A stretch of 64,000 bases of DNA, from NCBI GenBank assembly GCA_038087875.1, contig JAXLNO010000051.1:620001-684000 (forward strand), read 5' to 3'. Position 1 is the stretch's first letter; the number at the start of each line of letters is the position of its first letter. A program made the translations under genes and the position numbers. The notes beneath the pieces were generated by a model, which was not told the origin of the DNA, did no database searches, and saw only the letters and a list, made by a program, of their open reading frames with translations. This document shows, in pieces, positions 50,847 through 64,000 of the stretch. The stretch comes from Malacoraja senta (Eukaryota).

Positions 50847-53158
50847 AAAAGCGACGAAAATTCAGCACAAGACAAATGCCGAAATTTCAGTACACACAAT
50901 GCGACGAAAATTCAGCATGTGCAAAGCGACGAAACATCAGGACGCATAAAGCGCCAAAATTTCAGAACGTGAAAAGCATCAAAATTTCAGAACGTGAAAA
51001 GCGGCGAAATTTCAACACGAAAAGCAACGAAAATTCAGCATACGAAAAGCGACGATAATTCAGCACGCGAAAAGAGAGGAACCTTCAGGACGTCAAAACC
51101 AACTAAAATTCTGCACGCGTAAAGTGACAGAAATTCCGCACGCGAACAGTGACTAAATTTCAGAACGCGAAAAGTGACGAAAATTTAGCACGCGAAAAGC
51201 GATGAAAATTTAGCATGCAAAAAGCAATAAAAATTCAGCACGCGAAAAGCGACGTAATATCAGGACGAATAAAGCGACGAAATTTCAGGACGTGGAAGGC
51301 AACGAAATTTCAGGACATGAAAGACGCCGAAATTTCAGCACGCGAAAAGCGACCAAAATTCAGCCTGTGAATAGCGATGAAAAGTTATGATAATTCAGCA
51401 CGTGAAAAGTGACGAAAATTCAGCACGCCAAAAGCGAGGAAATTTGAGAACATATAAAGCGACGAAATTTCAACACGAAAAGCGCCGAAATTTGAGCACA
51501 CGAAAAGCGACGGAAATTCAGCATGCGGAAAGCGACGAAAATTTAGCAGGCGAAAAGAGAGCAACCTTCAGGACGTTAAAACCAATCGAAATTCAGCACA
51601 TATAACGTGACAAAAATTCTGCACACGTAAAGCGACAAACCTTCAGGAGGCGAAAAGCGATGGAAATTCCGCACGCAAAAAGTGACTACATTTCAGAACG
51701 TTAAAAGCGACGAAAATTTAGCAAGCGAAAAGTGACGAAAATTAAGCATTCGAAAAGCGACGAAAATTCAGCATGCGAAAAGCGACAAACCGTCAAGACA
51801 CGAAAAGCGATGAAAATGTAGTAAGCAAAAAGCGACGAAAATTCAGCATGCAAAAAGTGCCAAAACTTCAGCACGTGAAAAGCGATGTAATATCAGGACG
51901 AATAAGGCGAGGAAGATTCAGCACGCGAAAAGTAACGATCCTTCAGGACGTGAAAAGTGACGAAAATTCAGCACGCCAAAAGCGAGGAAATTTCAGAACA
52001 TAAAAAGCGACGAAAATTCAGCACAAGACAAATGCCGAAATTTCAGTACACACAATGCGACGAAAATTCAGCATGTGCAAAGCGACGAAACATCAGGACG
52101 CATAAAGCGCCAAAATTTCAGAACGTGAAAAGCATCAAAATTTCAGAACGTGAAAAGCGGCGAAATTTCAACACGAAAAGCAACGAAAATTCAGCATACG
52201 AAAAGCGACGATAATTCAGCACGCGAAAAGAGAGGAACCTTCAGGACGTCAAAACCAACTAAAATTCTGCACGCGTAAAGTGACAGAAATTCCGCACGCG
52301 AACAGTGACTAAATTTCAGAACGCGAAAAGTGACGAAAATTTAGCACGCGAAAAGCGATGAAAATTTAGCATGCAAAAAGCAATAAAAATTCAGCACGCG
52401 AAAAGCGACGTAATATCAGGACGAATAAAGCGACGAAATTTCAGGACGTGGAAGGCAACGAAATTTCAGGACATGAAAGACGCCGAAATTTCAGCACGCG
52501 AAAAGCGACCAAAATTCAGCCTGTGAATAGCGATGAAAAGTTATGATAATTCAGCACGTGAAAAGTGACGAAAATTCAGCACGCCAAAAGCGAGGAAATT
52601 TGAGAACATATAAAGCGATGAAATTTCAACACGAAAAGCGCCGAAATTTGAGCACACGAAAAGCGACGGAAATTCAGCATGCGGAAAGCGACGAAAATTT
52701 AGCAGGCGAAAAGAGAGCAACCTTCAGGACGTTAAAACCAATCGAAATTCAGCACATATAACGTGACAAAAATTCTGCACACATAAAGCGACAAACCTTC
52801 AGGAGGCGAAAAGCGATGGAAATTCCGCACGCAAAAAGTGACTACATTTCAGAACGTTAAAAGCGACGAAAATTTAGCAAGCGAAAAGTGACGAAAATTA
52901 AGCATTCGAAAAGCGACGAAAATTCAGCATGCGAAAAGCGACAAACCTTCAAGACACGAAAAGCGATGAAAATGTAGTAAGCAAAAAGCGACGAAAATTC
53001 AGCATGCAAAAAGTGCCAAAACTTCAGCACGTGAAAAGCGATGTAATATCAGGACGAATAAGGCGAGGAAGATTCAGCACGCGAAAAGTAACGATCCTTC
53101 AGGACGTGAAAAGTGACGAAAATTCAGCACGCCAAAAGCGAGGAAATTTCAGAACATA
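50847..53158 (+). repeat. Near-perfect tandem duplication of 1156 bp
   Basis: Landmark aaaagcgacgaaaattcagcacaagacaaatgcc at 50847 and 52003. ORF pairs 51387/52543 and 51773/52929 differ by 1156. Confidence 0.92.
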
Positions 53159-54327
53159 TAAAGCGACGAAATTTCAACATGAAAAGTGCAGAAATTTCAG
53201 CACACAAAAAGCGACGAAAATTCAGTCTGCGAAAAGTGACGAAACATCAGGATGCATGAAGCGACGAAATTTCAGAACGTGAAAAGCAGCAAAATTTCAG
53301 GACGTGAAAAATGGCGAAATTTCAACAAACGAAAAGCGACGAATATTCAGCATACAAAAAGTGACGAAAATTCAGCACGCGAAAAGAGAGGAGCCTTCAG
53401 GGCGTTAAAACCAACGAAAATTCTGCACACGTAAAGTGACGAAAATTCAGCACGCGAAAAGCGACAAACCATCAGGACGCGCAAAGCGATGGAAATTCCG
53501 CACATGAAAAGGTACTACAGTTCAGAACGTGAAAGGTGATGAAAATTCAGCATGTGAAAAGCGATGAAATTTCAGCATGCAAAAAGCAACAAAAATTCAG
53601 CATGCGAAAAGTGACGGACCTTCAAGACGCGAAAAGCGATGAAAATTAAGCACACAAACAGCAACAAAAATTCAGCATGCAAAAAGGAAAAAAAATTCAG
53701 CAAGCGAAAAGAGACGTAATATCAGGACGAATAAAGCGACGAAAATTCACGACGTGAAAGGTGACGAAATTTCAGGACATGAAAGGCGACGAAATTTCCG
53801 CACGCGAAAAGCGACGAAAATTGAGCCTGTGAAAAGCGATGATAATTCAGCACGTTAAAAGTGACGAACCTTCAGGACACGAAAAGCGACGATAATTCAG
53901 CATGTGAAAAGTGACGAAAATTCAGCACGCGAAAAGAGAAAAAAATTCAGCCAGACAAAATGACGAAATTTCAGAACATGAAAAGCGACGAATTTTAAGC
54001 ACGCAAAAAGCGACGAAAATTCAGCACGCGAAAAGTGACGAGATTTCACGACGTGACAACCGATGAAATATCAGCACACGAAAAGCGACGAAAATTCAGC
54101 ACGCAAAAAGTGACGAAATTTCCGAACATGAAAAGCGACAAAAATGAAGCACACCAAAATTGACAAAATTTCAGCATGCCAAAAGTGATGAAATTTCAGG
54201 ACGTGAAAAGCGACGAAATATCAGCACACGAAAAGCGACGAAATTTCGGCAGACAAAAGGTGACTAAAATTTAAAATGTCAAAAGCGACATAAATTCAAG
54301 ATGCGGAATGCGACAAAAGTTCAGGAT

Positions 54328-54766
54328 TCATATGAAGAAAGACTGGATAGACTCAGTTTGTACTCGCTAGAATTTAGAAGATTGAGGGGGATCATATAGA
54401 AACAAACAAAATTCTTAAGGGGTTGGACAGGCTAGATGCCGGAAGAAGTTGGGGAAGTTCAGAACAAGGGGTCACAGTTTAAGGATAAGGGGGAAATCTT
54501 TCAGGACCGAGATGAGGAAAACATTTTTCACACAGAGAGTGGTGAATTTCTGGAATTATCTGCCACAGAAGGTAGTTGAGGCCAGTTCATTGGCTATATT
54601 TAAGAGGGAGTTAGATGTGGCCCTTGTGGCTAAAGGGATCAGGGGATATAGAGAGAAAGCAGGTATATGATACTGAGTTGGATGATCAGCCACGATCATA
54701 TCGAATGGCTCGAAGGGCCGAATGGCCTATTCCTGCACCTATTTTCTATGTTTCTATGTTTCTATG
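54328..54766 (+). mobile_element. About 440-bp 5'-truncated CR1 fragment, copy 3 of 3
   Basis: ORF 54449-54670 and the same flanks as copies 1-2. Carries an extra small deletion removing the GGTGCAGG arm of the hairpin. Confidence 0.93.
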
Positions 54767-57700
54767 AAGCGACAAAATTTCAGGAGACGAAAAGCGACAA
54801 AAGTTCGGCACACGAAAAGTGATGAACCTTCATGACGTGAAAAGCGACGAAAATTCAGCATGCAAAAAGTGACGTAAATTCTGCACGCGAAAAGCGACGA
54901 TATTCAGGACGTGAAAAGCGACGAAATTTCAGCATACTAAAAGTGACGAAAATTCACCATGCGAAAAGCGACGAAAATTCAGCACGAGAAAAGTGGCGAA
55001 ATTTCACGACGTGAAAAGCAACGAGATTTCAGCATAATAAAAGCGACGAAAATTCTACATGTGAAAAGCGACGAAAATTCAGCACGTGAAAAGTGACGAT
55101 CCTTCAGGACATGAAAAGCGACGAAAATTCAGCATGAGAAAAGTGGCGAAATTTCACGACGTGAAAAGCAACGAGATTTCAGCATAATAAAAGCGACGAA
55201 AATTCTACATGTGAAAAGCGACGGAAATTCAGCACGTGAAAAGTGACGATCCTTCAGGACATGAAAAGCGACGAAATATCAGCACATGAAAAACGAAAAC
55301 ATTTCAACATACAAAAAGCGACTAAATTCAGCATGCGAAACGTGACGAAATTACAGGACGCATAAAGCGACGAAATTTCAGAACATGAAAAGTGATGACA
55401 TTTCAACAAAGGAAAAGTGCCGAAATTTCAGCACACAAAATGCCTTTCGAAGTTCACTCTAGTGCACAAGTATGTAGGTAATGTAGGCAAAAAGCAACAA
55501 AAATTCAGCACGCGAAAAGCGACGTAATATCAGGACGAATAAAGCGACGAAATTTCAGGACGTGGAAGGCAACGAAATTTCAGGACATGAAAGACGCCAA
55601 AATTTCAGCACGCGAAAAGCGACGAAAATTCAGCCTGTGAATAGCGATGAAAAGTGATGATAATTCAGCACGTGAAAAGTGACGAAAATTCAGCACGCGA
55701 AACGTGACAAAAATTCAGCAAGCCAAATGTGACGAAATTTCAGGACTTGAAAAGCGATGAAATATCAGCACACGAAAAGCAATGAAAATTCAGCATGCAA
55801 AGAGTGACGAAATTTCAGAACATGAAATGCGCCAAATGTAAACACGCAAAAATCTACGAAAATTCAGCACCCGAAAAGTGACGAAATTTCAGGACGTGAA
55901 ATGTGACGAAATTTCAGCATTCTAAAAGCGACGAAAATTCAGCAAGCAAAAAGCGACAAAAATTCAGCACGTGAAAAGCAACGTAATATCAGGACGAATA
56001 AGGCGACGAAATTTCAGCAGGCGAAAAGCGACGAAAATTCAGCATGCAAAAAGCGACGAACCTTCAAAACGCGAAAAGTGAAGAAAATGAGACCCGCAAA
56101 AAGCAATGGAAATTCAGCATGCCAAAAGCGACAACAATTCAGCACGTGAAAAGCGACGTAATATCAGGACGAATAAACCGACGAAATATCAGGATGTGAA
56201 AGGCGAAGAAATTTCAGCATGTGAAAAGCGACGAAAATTCAGCCTGTGAGACGCGACGAAAATTCAGCCTGTGAAAAGCGATGAAAATTCAGCACATGAA
56301 AAGTGACGAACGTTTAAGACGCGAAAAGTGACGATAATCAGAACATGAACAATGACCAAAATTCAGCACGTGAAAAGAGACAAACATTCAGCATGCAAAA
56401 AGCAACGAAATTACAGGACGCATAAAGCGACGAAATTTCAGAACATGAAAAGCGACAAAATTTCAACACACGAAAAGCGACGAAAATTCAGCACGCGAAA
56501 AGTGACGAACCTTCAGGATGCGAAAGGCGACGGAAATTTAAAATGTCAAAAGCGACGTAAATTCAAGATGCGAAATGCGACAAAAGTTCAGTATGCATCA
56601 AGCGACAAAATTTCAGGAGACTAAAAGCGACAACATTTCGGCACACGGAAAGTGATGAACCTTCACGATGTGAAAAGCGATGAAAATTCAGCACGCGAAA
56701 AGCGTCGAAAATGCTGCACGCGAAAAGCGACAAAATTTCAGGACGTGAAAAGCGACGAAATTTCAGCATTATCAAAGCTACGAAAATTCACCATGCGAAA
56801 AGCGACGAAAATTCAGCACGAGAAAATGGCGAAAATTCAGCACGCGAAAAGCGATGAAAATTCAGCATGCGAAAAGCGACAAACCTTCAAGATGCGAAAA
56901 GCGATGAAAATGAAGCACACAAATAGCGACGAAAATTCAGCAAGCAAAAAGCGACAAAAATTCAGCACGCGAAAAGCGACGTAATATCAGGATGAATAAG
57001 GCGACGAAATTTCAGCATGCGAAAAGCGACGAAAATTCAGCATGCAAAAAGCGACAAAAATTCAGCACGTGAAAAGCGCCGTAATATCAGGACGAGTAAA
57101 TTGACGAAATATCAGGATGTGAAAGGCGATGACATTTCAGGACATGAAAGGCGACGAAATTTCAGCACGCGAAAAGTGACGAAAATTAAGCCTGTGAGAA
57201 GCGATGAAAATTCAGCCTGTGAAAAGCGATGAAAATTCAGCACATGAAAAGTGACGAACCTTCAGGACGCGAAAAGCGATGATAATTCAGCACTTGAACA
57301 ATGACCAAAATTCAGAATGCGAAAAGAGACGAACATTCAGCATGTGAAAAGCAACGAAATTACACGACGCAGAAAGCGACGAAATTTCAGAACATGAAAA
57401 GCGACGAAATTTCAACACACGAAAAGCGACGAAAATTCAGCACGCGAAAAGTAACGAACCTTCAGGACGCGAAAGGCGACGAAAATTTAAAATGTCAAAC
57501 GCGACGTAAATTCAAGATGCAAAATGCGACAAAAGTTCAGGATGCATGAAGCGACAAAATTTCAGGAGACTAAAAGCCACAAAATTTCGGCACACGAAAA
57601 GTGATGAACCTTCACGACGTGAAAAGCGACGGAAATTCAGCATGTGAAAAGCGTCAAAAATTCAGCACGCGAAAAGCGACGTAATATCAAGACGAATAAA

Positions 57701-60700
57701 CTGACGAAATATCAGGATATGAAAGGCGATGACATTTCAGGACATGAAAGGCAAAGAAATTTCAGCATGTGAAAAGCGACGAAAATTCAGCCTGTGAGAC
57801 AGGACGAAAATTCAGCCTGTGAAAAGCGATGAAAATTCAGCACATGAAAAGTGACGAACGTTCAAGACGCAAAAAGCGACGATAATCAGCACTTGAACAA
57901 TGACCAAAATTCAGCACGCGAAAAGAGACGAACATTCAGCATGCGAAAAGCAAAGAAATTACAGGACACAGAAAGCGACGAAATTTCAGAACATGAAAAG
58001 CGACGAAATTTCAACACACGAAAAGCGACGAAAATTCAGCAAGCGAAAAGTAACGAACCTTCAGGACGCGAAAGGCGACGAAAATTTAAAATGTCAAACG
58101 CGACGTAAATTCAAGATGCGAAATGCGACAAAAGTTCAGGATGCATGAAGCGACAACATTTCAGGAGACTAAAAGCCACAAAATTTCGGCACACGAAAAG
58201 TGATGAACCTTCACGACGTGAAAAGCGACGAAATTTCAGCATAATAAAAGCGACGAAAATACACCATGCGAAAAGCAACGAAAATTTTGCACGAGAAAAG
58301 TGGCGAAATTTCAGGACGTGAAAAGCGACGAAATTTCTGCATAATAAAAGCGACGAATATTCACCATGTGAAAAGCGACGAACATTCAGCACGGGAAAAG
58401 TGACGATCCTTCAGGACATGAAAAGCGACGAAATATCAGCACACGAAAAGCGACAAAAATTCAGCACGCAAAAAGTGATGAAATTTCAGGACGTAAAAGC
58501 GACGAAATTTCAGCATACTGAAAGCGACCAAAATTCAGCATGTAAAAAGCGACAAAAAATCAGCACACGAAAAGCGAAGTAATATCAGGACAAATAAGGT
58601 GACGGAAATTCAGCACGCGAAAAGCGACGATCCTTCAGGGCGTGAAAAGCGACGATCCTTCAGGACGTGAAAAGTGACGAAAATTCAGCACGCCAAAAGT
58701 GACGGAATTTCAGGAAGTGAAAAGCGATGAAATATCAGCACGCGAAAAGCACTGACATTTCAGCACACAAAAAGCGACTAAAATTCGGCATGTGAAACGC
58801 GACGAAATTACAGGACGCATAAAGAGACGAAATTTCAGAACATGAAAAGTGATGACATTTCAACACACGAAAAATGCCGAAATTTCAGTACACAAAATGT
58901 GACGAAAATTCAGCATGCGGAAAGCGACGAAACATCTGGATGCATAAAGCGACGAAATTTCAGAACGTGACAAGCGTCAAAATTTCAGAACGTGAAAAGC
59001 GGCGAAATTTCAACACACGAAAAGCGACGAAAATTCAGCATACGAAAAGCGACGAAAATTCAGCACGCGAAAATAGAGGAAACTTCAGGACGTCTTTAAT
59101 CCAACTAAAATTCTGCACACATAAAGTGACAGAAATTCTGCATGCATAAAGAGACGAAATTTCAGAACACGAAAAGTGATGACATTTCAACACACGAAAA
59201 ATGCCGAAATTTCAGTACACAAAAAGCAACAAAAATTCAGGACGCGAAATGCGATGAAACATCAGGACGCATAAAGCGACTAAATTTCAGGACGTGAAAA
59301 GCAACGAAATTTCAGTAAACGAAAAGCGACGAAAATACAGCCTGCCAAAAGCGATGAAAATTCATTACGTGAAAAGCGATGAAAATTCAGCACGCGAAAA
59401 TCGATGAAAATTCATCACGCGAAACGTGACGCAATTTCAGATCATGAAAAGCACCAAAAATTCAGCACACAAAAAGCGACGAAAATTCCGCATGAGAAAA
59501 GCGACGAAAATTCAGGACGCATAAAGCCACGAAATTTCAGAACGAGAAAAGTGACAAAATTTCAGCAAATGAAAAGCGCCAAAATTTCAGCAAGCGAAAA
59601 GCGACGAAAATTCTACATGCAAAAAGAGAGGAATCTTCAGGGCGAGAAAAGCGATTAAAATGAAGCACGCGAAAACCAACGAAAATTCAGCCTGCGAAAA
59701 GGGATGAAAATTCAGCACGCGAAAAGCTACAGACCTTCAGGATGCGAAAAATGACCAAAAAATCAGCATGCGAAAAGTGACAAAAATTCACCACGCAAAA
59801 AATGACGAAATTTCACAATGTGAAAAGCGCCGAAAATTCAGCAGACGAAAAGCGCCGTAATATCAGGATGAATAAACTGACGAAATATCAGGATGTGAAA
59901 GGCGATGACATTTCAGGACATGAAAGGCGACGAGATTTCAGCACGCGAAAAGCGATGAAAATTAAACCTGTGAGAAGCGACGAAAATTCAGCCTGTGAAA
60001 AGCGATGAACATTCAGCACATGAAAAGTGACGAACCTTCAGGACGCGAAAAGCGATGATAATTCAGCACTTGAACAATGACCAAAATTCAGATTGCGAAA
60101 AGAGACGAACATTCAGCATGCGAAAAGCAACGAAATTACAGGACGCAGAAAGCGACGAAATTTCAGAACATGAAAAGCGACGAGATTTCAACACACGAAA
60201 AGCGACGAAAATTCAGCACGCAAAAAGTAACGAACCTTCAGGACGCGAAAGGCGACGAAAATTTAAAATGTCAAACGCGACGTAAATTCAAGATGCGAAA
60301 TGCGACAAAAGTTCAGGATGCATGAAGCGACAAAATTTCAGGAGACTAAAAGCCACAAAATTTCGGCACACGAAAAGTGATGAACCTTCACGACGTGAAA
60401 AGCGACGGAAATTCAGCATGTGAAAAGCGTCAAAAATTCAGCACGCGAAAAGCGACGTAATATCAAGACGAATAAACTGACGAAATATCAGGATATGAAA
60501 GGCGATGACATTTCAGGACATGAAAGGCGACGAAATTTCAGCATGTGAAAAGCGACGAAAATTCAGCCTGTGAAACAGGACGAAAATTCAGCCTGTGAAA
60601 AGCGATGAAAATTCAGCACATGAAAAGTGACGAACGTTCAAGACGCGAAAAGCGACGATAATCAGCACTTGAACAATGACCAAAATTCAGCACGCGAAAA

Positions 60701-63700
60701 GAGACGAACATTCAGCATGCGAAAAGCAACGAAATTACAGGACGCATAAAGCGACGAAATTTCAGAACATGAAAAGCGACAAAATTTCAACACACGAAAA
60801 GCGACGAAAATTCAGCATGCGAAAAGTGACGAACCTTCAGGATGTGAAAGGCGACGGAAATTTAAAATGTCAAAAGCAACGTAAATTCAAGATGCGAAAT
60901 GCGACAAAAGGTCAGTATGCATGAAGCGACAAAATTTCAGGAGACTAAAAGCCACAAAATTTCGGCACACGAAAAGTGATGAACCTTCACGACGTGAAAA
61001 GCGATGAAAATTCAGCATGCGAAAAGCGTCGAAAATGCTGCACGCGAAAAGCGACAAAATTTCAGGACGTGAAAAGTGACGAAATTTCAGCATTATCAAA
61101 GCTACGAAAATTCACCATGCGAAAAGCGACGAAAATTCAGCACGAGAAAATGGCGAAAATTCAGCACGCGAAAAGCGATGAAAATTCAGCATGCGAAAAG
61201 CGACAAACCTTCAAGGTGCGAAAAGCGATGAAAATGAAGCACACAAATAGCGACGAAAAACAGCAAGCAAAAAGCAACAAAAAGTCAGCACGCGAAAAGC
61301 GACGTAATATCAGGATGAATAAGGCGACGAAATTTCAGCATGCGAAAAGCGACGAAAATTCAGCATGCAAAAAGCGACAAAAATTCAGCACGTGAAAAGC
61401 GCCGTAATATCAGGACGAATAAACTGACGAAATATCAGGATGTGAAAGGCGATGACATTTCAGGACATGAAAGGCGACGAAATTTCAGCACGCAAAAAGC
61501 GACGAAAATTAAGCCTGTGAGAAGCGACGAAAATTCAGCCTGTGAAAAGCGATGAAAATTCAGCACATGAAAAGTGACGAACCTTCAGGACGCGAAAAGC
61601 GATGATAATTCAGCACTTGAACAATGACCAAAATTCAGAATGCGAAAAGAGACGAACATTCAGCATGCGAAAAGCAACGAAATTACAGGACGCAGAAAGC
61701 GACGAAATTTCAGAACATGAAAAGCGACGAAATTTCAACACACGAAAAGCGACGAAAATTCAGCACGCGAAAAGTGACGAACCTTCAGGACGCGAAAGGC
61801 GACGAAAATTAAAAATGTCAAACGCGACGTAAATTCAAGATGCGAAATGCGTGACACGACAAAATTTCAGGAGACTAAAAGCCACAAAATTTCGGCACAC
61901 GAAAAGCGATGAAATTTCAGGACGTGAAAAGCGACGAAATTTCAGCATAATAAAAGCGACGAAAATACACCATGCGAAAAGCGTCGAAAATGCTGCACGC
62001 GAAAAGCGACAAAATTTCAGGACGTGAAAAGTGACGAAATTTCAGCATTATCAAAGCTACGAAAATTCACCATGCGAAAAGCGACGAAAATTCAGCACGA
62101 GAAAATGGCGAAAATTCAGCACGCGAAAAGCGATGAAAATTCAGCATGCGAAAAGCGACAAACCTTCAAGGTGCGAAAAGCGATGAAAATGAAGCACACA
62201 AATAGCGACGAAAAACAGCAAGCAAAAAGCAACAAAAAGTCAGCACGCGAAAAGCGACGTAATATCAGGATGAATAAGGCGACGAAATTTCAGCATGCGA
62301 AAAGCGACGAAAATTCAGCATGCAAAAAGCGACAAAAATTCAGCACGTGAAAAGCGCCGTAATATCAGGACGAATAAACTGACGAAATATCAGGATGTGA
62401 AAGGCGATGACATTTCAGGACATGAAAGGCGACGAAATTTCAGCACGCGAAAAGTGACGAAAATTAAGCCTGTGAGAAGCGACGAAAATTCAGCCTGTGA
62501 AAAGCGATGAAAATTCAGCACATGAAAAGTGACGAACCTTCAGGACGCGAAAAGCGATGATAATTCAGCACTTGAACAATGACCAAAATTCAGAATGCGA
62601 AAAGAGACGAACATTCAGCATGCGAAAAGCAAAGAAATTACAGGACGCAGAAAGCGACGAAATTTCAGAACATGAAAAGTGACGAAATTTCAACACACGA
62701 AAAGCGACGAAAAGTCAGCACGCGAAAAGTAACGAACCTTCAGGACGCGAAAGGCGACGAAAATTTAAAATGTCAAACGCGACGTAAATTCAAGATGCGA
62801 AATGCGACAAAAGTTCAGGATGCATGAAGCGACAACATTTCAGGAGAATAAAAGCCACAAAACTTCGGCACACGAAAAGTGATGAACCTTCACGACGTGA
62901 AAAGCGACGGAAATTCAGCACGCGAAAAGCGTCAAAATTTCAGCACGAGAAAAGCGACGTAATATCAAGACAAATAAATTGACGAAATATCAGGATGTGA
63001 AAGGCGATGACATTTCAGGACATGAAAGGCGACGAAATTTCAGCACGCAAAAAGCGACGAAAATTCAGCCTGTGAAAAGCGATGAAAATTCAGCACATGA
63101 AAAGTGACGAACCTTCAGGACGCGAAAAGCGATGATAATTCAGCACTTGAACAATGACCAAAATTCAGAATGCGAAAAGAGACGAACATTCAGCATGCGA
63201 AAAGCAACGAAATTACAGGACGCAGAAAGCGACGAAATTTCAGAACATGAAAAGCGACGAAATTTCAACACACGAAAAGCGACGAAAATTCAGCACGCGA
63301 AAAGTGACGAACCTTCAGGACGCGAAAGGCGACGAAAATTAAAAATGTCAAACGCGACGTAAATTCAAGATGCGAAATGCGTGACACGACAAAATTTCAG
63401 GAGACTAAAAGCCACAAAATTTCGGCACACGAAAAGCGATGAAATTTCAGGACGTGAAAAGCGACGAAATTTCAGCATAATAAAAGCGACGAAAATACAC
63501 CATGCGAAAAGCGACGAAAATTTTGCACGAGAAAAGTGGCGAAATTTCAGGACGTGAAAAGCGACAAAATTTCTGCATAATAAAAGCGACGAATATTCAC
63601 CATGTGAAAAGCGACGAACATTCAGCACGGGAAAAGTGACGATCCTTCAGGACATGAAAAGCGACGAAATATCAGCACACGAAAAGCGACAAAAATTCAG

Positions 63701-64000
63701 CACACAAAAAGTGATGAAATTTCAGGACGTAAAAGCGACGAAATTTCAGCATACTGAAAGCGACCAAAATTCAGCATGTAAAAAGCGACAAAAAATCAGC
63801 ACACGAAAAGCGAAGTAATATCAGGACAAATAAGGTGACGGAAATTCAGCACGCGAAAAGCGACGATCCTTCAGGGCGTGAAAAGCGACGATCCTTCAGG
63901 ACGTGAAAAGTGACGAAAATTCAGCACGCCAAAAGTGACGGAATTTCAGGAAGTGAAAAGCGACGAAATATCAGCACGCGAAAAGCACTGACATTTCAGC

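Larger units (their letters stand above)
50252..64000 (+). repeat. 25-bp satellite array, segment 5 (interrupted at 54328-54766 and 55444-55486)
   Basis: Same monomer, running off the window end. Confidence 0.96.

Noticed and set aside
1..64000. Numerous 60-250 aa K/R-rich (+) and F/C-rich (-) ORFs
   Set aside because: They are translations of the 25-bp satellite in rotating frames, with no domain content or gene structure.
1..64000. CRISPR-like array (25-bp repeats)
   Set aside because: Units are contiguous with no unique spacers, no cas genes are present, and the context is vertebrate.

Overview
Eukaryotic (vertebrate) heterochromatin-like window. About three quarters of it is one A-rich, CpG-rich satellite with a 25-bp monomer (consensus CACGCGAAAAGCGACGAAAATTCAG). 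The satellite is organised into nested higher-order repeats: about 1.0 kb, 1773 bp, 1156 bp, about 0.6/0.95 kb, and a roughly 7-10 kb super-unit. It is interrupted by two full-length CR1-clade LINEs (14396-18589 +, decayed; 45549-50251 -, nearly intact), several 5'-truncated CR1 copies, a 290-bp inversion, a 43-bp filler, and a 2.8-kb non-satellite island (L1 ORF2 3' end, simple repeats, two NRF1-type motifs). The most notable feature is a 2.09-kb cassette (41970-44057). It starts in a CR1, ends in a second minimal CR1 hairpin-plus-tail, and carries one unspliced, splice-site-flanked coding exon of WDR46 (UTP7/BING4). This looks like CR1-mediated transduction of a gene fragment into satellite DNA. 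The CR1 tail and hairpin style suggest a cartilaginous fish such as a skate or ray (inference, not verified). Nearly all short ORFs in the supplied track are translations of the satellite. No prokaryotic features, CRISPR arrays or RNA genes were seen.
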